DNA of 64,000 bases, taken from contig NC_043000.1 of the NCBI RefSeq assembly GCF_006345805.1, forward strand, positions 43,338,001 through 43,402,000. Reading direction: 5' to 3'. Positions within the stretch are counted from its first letter, which is position 1; each line of letters starts with the position of its first letter. Positions 52,700 to 64,000 of this stretch are shown piece after piece. Origin of the DNA: Octopus sinensis. Taxonomy: Eukaryota. Position numbers and translations under genes: made by a program. Under the pieces are notes generated by a model that was not told the DNA's origin, did not search any database, and was given only the letters and a program-made list of their open reading frames with translations.

Positions 52700-52860
52700 T
52701 CTTCATTTTCTCTCCTTGTTCCTCTCTGTGTTCGTTTCTGTGGAAAGGCGTAGCCTCGAAACGTTAAAGACTTTCCCTTCCCGGGCCCTAAACTAATACA
52801 TCTGTTTGTTGTCTACATCTCCTGTCTTGATTTTTTGTATTTTTTCTTGTGAATTGTCCT
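52700..52860 (+). mobile_element. Penelope-like terminal repeat relic with broken hammerhead
   Basis: GUUU-CUGUGGA-A-AGGC gua GCCU-C-GAAACGUU-AAAG at 52734-52769; flank shared with the 4460-4700 copy. Confidence 0.55.
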
Positions 52861-52902
<42 letters not shown>

Positions 52903-53338
52903 TATACTGTAATGAGGAAACCTGCCTATTTATTATGTAACAAGTACTAAAAGAAAGCAATATTAAATGCTGGACCTTCTGGAAATATTTTTATAAATTC
53001 ATGTTCCAAGAAATTGCCTATAATTTCGATCTCTTAAGTTACTTGAATTCTTTAAACTCCAAATTCTCGCAAATTTAAATATACATTGCATTCACTGCGT
53101 TCAATTCTTCATGAATTTAAATATTCGCTGCATAGTGAATATTTTACATTTTACATTTTTATTTGCCCCAGTCTGCCATTGTCGCTTGCCTCTATTTTTG
53201 TTAATGCTGATTTAATAATAGCCATATAACTTTGATACGGGACACAATTTCAAGAATATTATCAGTTTCTGGAATTTGTTAAATGAATAGTTTTGATAAA
53301 ATGAAAACTTTTTAATATACCGGTATAATTTTTAAGTG

Positions 53339-53930
53339 TGGCTTGCAAATAGAACCATCGTCATTGCAACAAATGATGCTACACAATTTGTGAATGATTT
53401 CCTGTTGACTAAGATCCCTGATGCGCTATAAATATACAGAAGCTCAGGTACATTTGATAATGAAACTCTGTACCTAATCGAGTTCATCGACTAACTTACA
53501 CCATCAGGGTTTCTACCACACATTCTCAATCTGAAGAAAAGATGCTGCATAATGCTTCTGAGAATTGACATGCTACTAATTGCAATGACACACGCTACGT
53601 CATTGTCAGTTTACATGATCATGTTGTTGAGGCTGAGGTTGCTCCTTGTCCTTAAGCAGGATCAACTCTGCTAATCTCAAGATTACCATATGTATCTCAA
53701 GAAATGGAATTTCCATTTACATTTACACTCAAAATAATTCCTGTCACGCCAGCGTTTACCTTGACATGCAACAAGGCACAAGAACAGCCTTTTGAACAAA
53801 TTGGAATATATCTTCCGACACCATTCCTCTCTATGTTGCATTATCTAGTGTTTGAAAGAAGGCTAATGTAAAAATATTGGCTGAGTGAAATGGAAACGCT
53901 ATGATTACTGGCAATTGTGTCTACAATTAA
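53339..53930 (+). pseudogene. Helitron RepHel PIF1-like helicase C-terminal relic
   Basis: WLANRTIVIATN…LYLIEFID*LTPSGFLPHILNLKK…IMLLR; frameshift; CNDTRYVIVSLHDHVVEAEV…FPFTF…PAFTLTCNKAQEQ…IGIYLP…LYVALSSV. Confidence 0.88.
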
Positions 53931-55865
53931 ATTAAAATATGTTTCTTAGTATGTTTCAGTAAATAGAATTAACACATAAATTATATATAAAGTAACATAT
54001 TTGTGTGAAATTAAATTGTTTTGGCATATTTTAACAGATGCCGAATGAAGGATATCATTATATTAGATCATTTAAAATTTGGGTATATTTAAAAAAGTAA
54101 GGAATCGTCATTCCCATGTATTCTCACATCACCAGACGTTTGTGTGTGTGTGAGGAAGTTTGCATTTTCCGTGGGAAAATGATACGCACAAGAACTTTGC
54201 TTTATAGGTCTTCGTGTGTTGGAAAAAATACATCGACTAATTTGGCGTGTTTTGATCCCTGAATATTGTGTTAAGCTCATCACTATTGATAAGGTACAGT
54301 TTTTTTATAATTTATAAACACTGCTATTGACAGGAACGGTAGATCAGAGGGTACAACAATTTGCCAAAGAGATGGGATTATGTTATCAAAAATGAAAGGG
54401 ACAATATATTACATACCAATTAAGAACAAAGACATTTGATTCTAATATATAATAAAACGCTACAGGACATAGTTTCCACACTATTATTATAAAATCCTGT
54501 TAAATATATCAAATTAACCAAGCCCTGTATAACAATGTCTCTACAAAACCAAGATTCCGGGCCATTCCATTTCCTGCTTTGTGAATTTAAGTTGTTATTT
54601 ATTTATGTTACCACCTTTATTCTCTTCGAAGATATAATCATTACCATTAACGTATCTCTTTACATGTACATATCCATCCATCTATCCATACATTCATATA
54701 TATATATATATATATATATTTATGTAAGCATGTATGTATGTATTATGTATGTATGTATGTATATATATATAAACACATGCACACACACACGCATAGAGAT
54801 ATACATATTATGCGCACACGCTGACATATACATAAAATATATACAAACATTGTTATGTAGCGTTTCATATTTACTACATTAAAGAAGTTAAAATTGAACT
54901 AAATGTTGTTTCACAAGCTTAGTTATATACGAGTGATAAATATGCGAATATTCATGATTAATCCCGGGAAATACTGTAAACTTACTTAGTTATTTTTCTA
55001 TGATAAGTCGGAATGTATAGTAAATTTTTGCTGCGCTTGTGAGATCTCATAATACTAAAACGTTTCCAGTTGATTTTTGCCGTACATGGCTAAAAGACAA
55101 AAATTATATTAGAAAATATAGTTTGACAGTTATTTTCTGTACTCCATAACTATTACTAATTAAATATTTAATGAATATTTCCTATCAACATATTTACCCT
55201 AAATATGTTTCATATATGTCGAAAGTATATTGTGTGTGAAATCAATATTGCCTATTATATTTCATTTTGGTGTGGAATATTAACCGATAATGTATTTGTA
55301 ATTACTTTGTGAAAAATTTAATACAGGCATTCATGCACATATCAATAAAAACAAAATGCCGAGGAGATATAACATGCGCCCGCACAGTAGCACACGCTCG
55401 TATATACATACACACATGCATAGCTACATCGGTACTCACACACACACATACATACACATATATATGCATTCCTGTCTCTCTCCCTCTTTGTTTATATATA
55501 TATATAATGTCCATTACCATGTGTGTTTCTATGCATCTATGAATATGTGTGCATCACTGATATCTCGTGTATCAATGAATATCTTGTGGACCTTTAGGCC
55601 AATAGCAGCTGAATCGATATTATACGCCTCTTGTTTTTCACAAATATGTATACACATATATACATATATATACATATATATGTACACCTACATGTGTTTA
55701 CGTATATATATGTCTATGCATATGTATGTAGATGTGAGTGTTTGCTTATGGACGAATAATTTAGAGAATATATTGTGAATTGAGAGCTATTAAATGTTGC
55801 ACACATGCGCATATGTGTCTGCATACAGAAAAAACATATACGTATATACACACATATATATGCGT

Positions 55866-55909
<44 letters not shown>

Positions 55910-56942
55910 GTATATATGTTTTATTTACATACTTATATTTGTTGTATGTTTGCACTGATATGTCTCGTCATATATTTATCTATGTGTCTATCTCAAAATA
56001 TATGTTCAAATTTAATGATTACGTAGAACTTTTGCTTCTATTTTTCAACTTTCGTTCTAGATTCCAACTATATTTGTTCGTGAAAGATGATGCACATATA
56101 TTATCCAAAGGCATAACCTTCACCATTACCTATTTTCTCACTGAATATCGATTAAACTCCATCTAAAGTAATAATTATAGATCGAAAACTCTCTGCGTTT
56201 CAACGTTTGTCCTGATAAAAATTATTTTATACTTAACGGTTTTAGACATGTTAGTTAATTATGTTTAATTTACAGAGTTTCATGTGCATTGAGGAGCACG
56301 GAATTAGGGGTGCGTGTATATCATTTAAATTATATTGTAAATTTCATATTTTTTTAGTTGGTTTATCGTATACTGTAGCCGGAATAATTTTTGCACTAAT
56401 TGACTAATTTGCTGAGTTTCATATTTTTTAATAAGTGATATCATTAATCACGCAAAAATATTCGGAATTTATGAATATTTACATTTTTTGTGTTTTTAAA
56501 TTTCATTGTGATCTATGATCCTTGAAGTAGTGTATAAATATTGATCACATTTATGGGGAAAATAAAACGTGATACATATTGTAAATGATATATGTAAATG
56601 ATATATATATATATACAGAGGCACACGCACGTAAACATTCATACACACATACGTACATAATACAAGTACGTTAATGGTAACGAGGAGGAGAAGGAGTATT
56701 TTATACTGTTAGAAAGCAATAAAAAATGTAATTCATTAGCAAGGACCGGTTTGTAAAGAAATTGTTATATAAAATTTCTATTTTTATTCTTGAGCTGTAG
56801 TTAAGGATATTTGTGCAACATTGCTGACCAACATCCTTCATGTCGAATGAATATTTTCTCATTGGTTAAGTTTATGGAATATTTAAGGACATTTTATACG
56901 TAAAGAAATAGGCACAGGGAGGGCGAGAGCGAGAGAAAGAGG

Positions 56943-56944
<2 letters not shown>

Positions 56945-57000
<56 letters not shown>
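56945..57000. repeat. (AG)n microsatellite
   Basis: Direct. Confidence 0.97.
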
Positions 57001-57002
<2 letters not shown>

Positions 57003-58035
57003 AATTGACACTGACATTGCAACCGCCTATTCTGCGCTCTCTTGCGCATCTAGAGACAGCTATTGATATGCTTTCTAAGACATATATCAGTATCATATCT
57101 TATAACATACCATGTTAGATGACGAATATCATAAGAAATAGAATGATATTCACATTTATTTCCCATGTGTCCCATTTCTATCACATTTATAGGGAATGTA
57201 AAACATGATCGATGTTTTTCACTCCACTTCCTGTGAGGAATTCCAAAGGAATATATATCAGTAAACTTAATGTAACAAAAATGGCATATGAACAAAAGAA
57301 GGGGTACACAATCCTCTACCATACTAAATCCTATTTCACTACGCAAATAGACATAGGATATAAAAATTGCAAAAAAAAAAAAAACTGCGGGCAAAGGGCA
57401 TGATAATTCAGGTCGTACAGTTGTTTCTGGGGATCGAAATTGCATAATAGTTGTAACACTGGGAGATGCTGTGGCCAAAATGTCAAGGATGTGCAACCAG
57501 TAGTACATGCACAAATATTACTGTAAATGCGGATCTGATCGTCAGGGTAGAAAGATTAGCAATTAGCAGTTCAGATCATGATGCGATATTATTTTATGGT
57601 AGAATAGATGAAGAGGAAGGCAAAGAAAAGTAGGCGGAAGCAAGATATAGGCTGATCAGGGGAGGGAATTTTTAACTCAAAGAAAGGGCAAGAATAGATT
57701 AGTAGAGGTAGAGTAGGGAGAGGGAGGAAGTGAGTTACTAATAAACTGATAAGAGTAGAATTGGCGAATCGTGAGTTAAGTAATATTATGAAGGTTGACG
57801 TCGCTTTGGATTTATTGACAACAGATGTTATTAATCATGTTGGTGGATTATAAATAATTATAGAAAGAATCGGTGAACGAAGGGACTGTTATTGAAATGA
57901 AGGGAAGGGATCTAATCATAGTTACCGACAGAGTGTCGAGAGGGAAATTCGAAGACTGCAACAAGATTGTTGTAGCAGAGAAAGAATATAGAAGTAGGGA
58001 GGTTTGTTTGAGAGCAAATAGACAGAAGTAGACAG

Positions 58036-58081
<46 letters not shown>

Positions 58082-59187
58082 GGAGAGAAAGAGAGAGAGA
58101 GAGTGAAAGAGAGAGAACGTGAGTGATAGGTTGGTAGCAATGGTAAGCGGTAGTGTTCTAAGAGGTTCTATTTTCGGATGAACCAAGGAGGAGGTGGAGA
58201 AGAAATATGATGGATAAGGGTGGGGTGGTTGTATAGGAGGATGTGCTAATAAGGGAGAATGAGCAATGAGAATCGATATATATGTGTGTGCGCGCGTGTG
58301 TGTGTATGTGTCAGTGTCTGTGTGAATATATATATACTGAAGGGGAGAGACATATATAATGTATATTTTGCTATCACGGCCAAGTTGTAATTTTAGATTG
58401 AATCGTAATTATGGGAAGTATAAGAACTTTACGCAATGGGACAACAATGAATAAAATTTGTGCACAGATGAAAGAATTACGCATGAGAACCTCTTGAGTA
58501 ACGAAGAGTTGTGGTAACTAAGGTACCCCTTTTCACATAATTTACGAGCACTGAGGTTATTGCTGTACGAGGAGCCTCGCACTTAATGGACCAGGATAGA
58601 GTAGTAGGAATACTTTGGGGCCCGAGTTTCTGCGTTCATGTATGTGCACGTGCGTGTTTGTATGTGTGTGTGTGTACGTGATGGTGTGCGTGCGTGCGTG
58701 TGTGTGCAAAACCAGACAAACAATACTGTGATTAAAACGGTGTTTAATCAATAAATTTCGTCGGATTATTAAAAGGGGTAATTACATTGATATGCTTGTG
58801 ACATTGTCATATTGTGTAGTGTAGGCGGTTGTATTCTACAAGCGACTTTTTCACAGACGAAGAAATTCTCACGCACATGTATTTAATTTCATTTAAATGA
58901 CATTACGCTTTCTTGAAAATGAATGACCATATAATTTTACATGAAGCCATGTATTTAAAATTCATAACTAAATCGCTAGATTGGCATTTCTTTTCATACA
59001 TATCTCATCTAATAAAAGGTTAAGCGAATAAGCATTGTCGTGTGCTGAAGAACTAAACATCCTTTTAATCTGTGGAGTGTTTCCATCTTTGCAGCAAATT
59101 TTCAATCTTAACCAAATCTTGGCAAGCCGTCGGAAGTACATTTTATTATGTTATTGAGGTGGATTTTAAGAAAAATCATTCTGTGAT

Positions 59188-59221
<34 letters not shown>

Positions 59222-59242
59222 TGTGTGTGTTAGCTTATTTTA

Positions 59243-59845
59243 TAAGCTTAAAGCTTATGAGCGATCATCGCGCAGTGACTAAAGAAAATAGTCAAATAAT
59301 GGGGCATAAATGTCCCTCGACGGAAAAGAATAGAATTTCTCACACGCGTGGGACTCGAACCCACACCTCTTTGTTTTCGTGACAAGAATGCTACCATCAC
59401 ACTAGAGAACTAGCCTGCTTCATTCCGTCAGATTTAAGAACTATAATTAGTTCGAAGTATTGTTTTTGATAACAAACTTACACTGTGAAAGTTTTAGTTA
59501 AGCAGCGTCGATTTTTACAACTCTGTAAATGATATCTTGTAAGATTAAAGCTTATAAGCGATCACCGTGCAATGACTAAAAAATATATAGTCTAATAATG
59601 GGTCATATAAGCCTTCGACGGAAAAGAGTAGGTTTTCCCGTACGTGTGTGACTCGAACCCACACCTCTTTGTTTTCGCAACCAAGTGTGCTACCATAATA
59701 CTAACACAACAACCTGCTTCATTTCATTAGATTTGAGAACTATAATTAGTTCATAGTGTTGTTCTTGTAAACAAAATTTCATTGATTTATTATGAAGATT
59801 TTTGTTAACCAGCGTCGTCGCTTATAAGATTGAAGTTTATAAAAT
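59243..59845 (-). repeat. Tandem ~290-bp satellite (2 units plus start of a third), each with a tRNA-like module
   Basis: Unit starts 59243, 59540, 59825; minus-strand A boxes TAGTGTGATGG and TAGTATTATGG; B boxes GGTTCGAGTCC and GGTTCGAGTCA; TTTT downstream of each. Confidence 0.85.
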
Positions 59846-59937
59846 ACTATTATTATTATTTACAGAATTGTAAAAATCGACTCTGCTTAACAAAAACCTC
59901 TCTTTCTCTCTCTCTGTTCACACACACACACTCACAC

Positions 59938-60013
<76 letters not shown>

Positions 60014-60679
60014 GAGAAGGGGCTAAAACATTCCTGGTTCGATGAAAAGATAATACTGGAGAATCAATTAAATATTATTTTATTCAGCATATTCCCAGAA
60101 TTATTGTAGCGGTCAGTTTTTCTATGCCTTGGAAAAAATATCGGATTGGGCTTCAAGCCAGGTCTTTCCCGACAATTTCAGCAACCACTCGCATATGTGT
60201 ATGTGTGTATGTGACAGTGTGTGTACATTTGTATTCATTAATGCACGTATGAATGAATGTGAGTGTATGCATATGTATATGCGTGTGTATGTGAGTTTGT
60301 GAAGTTCTGCACAATCTTGCAATGTGTATTGATGAAAGATATACACACGTTTGAGAAAACCAAACAAGAGTAAATTCGGAGATTATTCGTGATCTGTAAT
60401 CACTGATAGTGCCGTTAAATCTGATGTTTGGAATAATCATTAATAAATTAATAAAATACTTTTGGTATAATGAACATATTTTGCTGCCAACCCAATGGCG
60501 ATTCCTGCCATAGATACATTATCAAAACTTGTGACATCAGTGAGAAGGAGCTGATTACAGAAAAGAATCCAGTTCTTACTGCTTCCCTAAAATCGAGGCA
60601 CAAAGCTGACATCAGAATGGTAAAGGATATATCAAAATGTCATACGGTTGCCTGTCCATATGTTAACCGATGACTTTTA

Positions 60680-61132
60680 TCTATTAATTTTTCAGTCAAT
60701 AGACTGTAGCCACGCTAAGGCACTGCCTGGAAGAATTTTTAGTCGAATGAATCGGCCCCCAGTAATTATGTTTTTTTTAACGCTGGTATTTATTCAATCG
60801 GTGTCTGTTGCCAAACTGCTAACTTACGGAGATATAAACACACAAACACCGGTTGTCAAGCGGTAGTAGGGACAAACGCACACACACACACATACACAGT
60901 CACACGCACATCATACATACACGCAAACACGCACCGACGCATCACGCACACACACATACACACACACACATATATGTCGAACTTGTTTCAGTTTCCGTGC
61001 ACCATATCCACTCACAAGGCTTCGGTCAACCCGAGACGATATTAGAAGTAACTTGCTTAAGTTTTCAGTGAGTGGGACTGAACGCAGAACCATGAGGTTT
61101 GGAATTAAGCTTTTTGCCTTACAGCCACATCT
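60680..61132 (-). mobile_element. SINE family A, old diverged copy
   Basis: caccggttgtcaagcgg…cagtttccg…ccactcacaaggc…gtgggactgaac…aaccatg. Confidence 0.75.
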
Positions 61133-61849
61133 GTCTGGAAAGCCACAATTTTTTAGAGTTATGCGTGGAAACGTTTGTCAATGTCAGCAAAAATACTGTT
61201 AAACAACAGGAAATAATTGAGTGATAATGACCTATAAATGTATTTTATGTCTTAATTTATGCTAATTGAATTCGTTAACATTATCATATTCGTTGACTTC
61301 GTGGAAGTCATTAAAGGGGAGTTTTGCTTGTAGAACTCAATCAAAAATCGTGGTTGGCTTCAATAAAGCATACCGTGTGGTGTAATGATTGTTCAGCATG
61401 TCTAGCCTACATTTATTGCTTTCTAGATCCATAGTATACATTACGGTCTACCTTTAAAGAAAATGGTATGGTATGATTTAAGAAATATTTCAATACTTCC
61501 GTGTTGTTGTTGTCTGTCCTCAAAGTTTTCAGGTGTCACGATTTTCGTATCATGTTTTGCCTCATTTTTATAGCAAAAAAGAAACAAATCCGTATAAATA
61601 TTAAGGGGCATGGTCAGAATAAAAACTTAATGAAAATGTCGCTGCTAACACAGTTATCTCGCTAGTTTGGTTTAGTGTATAATTTATCCCTGTTATATGT
61701 AGGAAGGGAATCTTTAAAGAAATGTGCAGTTAGTCTGGAGTAGGCTGATATAAATAATTCTGATGAAGAAAGAGTAAATATCAAATTTGTTGTTGCTGCT
61801 GCTACTACTGCTGCTGTTGCTGTTGTATCATAACATTCCCGCATTCTCT

Positions 61850-61889
61850 TCTTCATTTTATTCTTTTTCTTTTCCTTCTTTTTCTTCTT

Positions 61890-61920
<31 letters not shown>

Positions 61921-62235
61921 TCCTCCTTCTTCTTCTTCTTCTCTTTCATCATCATCGTCATCATCATCATCGTCGTCGTCGTCGTCGTCGTCATCCTCTT
62001 CTCTTGTTCTTTTTCTTCTACTTCTGCTTCTTCTTCTTCTTCTTCTTCTCTTTCATCATCATCGTCATCATCATCATCATCATCATCGTCGTCGTCGTCG
62101 TCATCCTCTTCTCTTGTTCCTTTTTCTTCTTCTTCTGCTTCTTCTTTTTCTTCTGCTTCTTCTTTTCTTCTTCTTCTTCTTCTTCTCTTCTTCTTCTGCT
62201 TCTTCTTCTTCTTCTTCTGCTTCTTCTTCTTCTCA
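61850..62235. repeat. (CTT)n/(CAT)n/(CGT)n compound tract with ~107-bp higher-order duplication
   Basis: ctctttcatcatcatcgtcatc…tcatcctcttctcttgttc starts at 61941 and 62048. Confidence 0.9.
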
Positions 62236-62590
62236 TCGTTTTATTATTTAATTACATCCCTTTGTAGAGCTATAATTTACTGACAAGTCTGTATGATATG
62301 ATATTGACTGATAGTATTTCGATTGGTTTTCTTTGGTTTAACCAAATCAACATTCTCTCTTGATGCATCATCTATTCAATAAATAATGAATTCACCTTTG
62401 ATTATTTATACTGGTACCAAAAATTGTTAGAAGAAATGAAATGGACTGAATGAAAGAATCCTCAACAAAATTTGTTTGCGTGATGTCTCGTTGGCCTTTC
62501 GAGACATGATTTAATGACCTTAGTGGGAACACTTGCATGTGCAAACTTTTTATATGAAGAGCCTTAATATATATACTTACTGATATATAT

Positions 62591-62645
<55 letters not shown>

Positions 62646-62678
62646 ACATATAAAAATATATATATGCATACATATGTA

Positions 62679-62722
<44 letters not shown>

Positions 62723-62747
62723 CATATATACAAATATATATATACAT

Positions 62748-62820
<73 letters not shown>

Positions 62821-63479
62821 GTTTTATATAGATCAATATTAAAAGGCCGTAGAGACCGACCTTTGAAAGTTGCATGCATGGAACATTGCCAAGTGATTTA
62901 AAGACTATTAGATGCATGTACATAATATCTTAGACGATTGCCATTGCATTTCTTTGGTGTATCTCTATTTTAAGTACAACTCTGCACCCTTGAATTTTAC
63001 GAATCAATATTTACCTGGAAATATGATATGAAAGGTATTTAATTTGTATAGAATACATCGTATGAAGAATAGAAGTTTAACCTACTTCATATTTGTAATA
63101 TATTTTCCGTCTCGAAATCGGTGTTCACTGGTTCAGTTTAATTTCGATAAGAATGTGTACTACACTAGAATTTGAGATGATACAGATATTAAGCCCAAGA
63201 TAAAATCTTTAAAATTTTGTTATAATTTGTACTAAAATTTCAATTTCAGCTAATTCAGGATGTTTCCACACTTCATTCATTCTGTAATCCTACTTGCCTG
63301 AACACCCTCTGCTATGTGTGTATATGAGAAGTGGATCGTTTTTGTTGCTGTATCGTTCTAGCATGGATCAACCTGCGATTTTATGACTTGTGAAAGGATT
63401 AAGTAATCAGAAACTTAAGGCATCCCATCATATATGTATACATATATACAATATGTGTGTTGTGTGTGTGTTTCTGTAA

Positions 63480-63675
63480 GCGTTTATCACCACCACCGTC
63501 TTACAAACGGTGTTGGTTTGTTTAAGTCCTCGTAACCTAGCGGCTTGGCTAAAGAGACGACAAAAGAAGTACCAGGCTCTAAGACTAAATTAATGGAGTC
63601 GATTTCCTTGACTAAACCCTTCAAGGCGGTGTTCTAGCTTGGAAGCAGTGCAATGAGTGAACTAGTAAAATAAAT
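63480..63675 (+). mobile_element. SINE family A tail, diverged
   Basis: gtcctcgtaacctagcgg…gtcgatttccttgactaaacccttcaaggcggtg. Confidence 0.7.
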
Positions 63676-64000
63676 TTTAAAAAGAATTAAAATCAAACCG
63701 GTGCTATCTACGTGTCATCGTCATGCAACGCCCTCATACAATGTAAGTAGTAGTACCTGTAATCTATGGATGGGTATGTTTATCTGTGTGTCTGTAGTTT
63801 TGTGTAAGTGTGTGTTCGTATGTGTTTGAGTGATTATGTGAATAAATTTTTAGTCAACTGATCATGCGCTGACAAAACCTTTGTTGAAAGAAATCCGAGC
63901 GAGTAATTTGGTTGAAAATAAAGAACAGTTTTCTGTTTTATAAATGCGTGAAATTTAAAGGAAAACATCAATAAAATTAATTGATTAAAAGCGTTTATTC

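Overview
AT-rich, microsatellite-saturated eukaryotic non-coding DNA (intron or intergenic). The SINE families resemble those I associate with Octopus/coleoid cephalopod genomes; this is inference and was not checked by a search. No intact host protein-coding gene can be supported. Nearly all supplied ORFs are translations of (TA)n/(CA)n/trinucleotide tracts, SINEs or the antisense strand of transposon relics. Recognisable content: (1) about 20 tRNA-headed SINE copies or fragments from at least 4 families; (2) mariner relics (a near-full transposase pseudogene, a TIR-bounded deletion derivative, 5' stubs); (3) Helitron ends and a PIF1-helicase relic; (4) an internally deleted R4/Dong-type LINE in (TAA)n; (5) a probable Tx1/L1 relic; (6) five long fold-back (inverted) duplications; (7) a tandem tRNA-like satellite. 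The most notable signal is about 10 minimal type I hammerhead-ribozyme (HHR) motifs (CUGANGA, helix II, GAAA, palindromic helix III, NUH) of the kind known from Penelope-like element termini. One has an apparently intact core (35247-35281), and its sister copy shows a compensatory helix I change. Another lies downstream of a Pol III tRNA head, in what looks like a tRNA-headed, ribozyme-bearing SINE/retrozyme (24981-25322).
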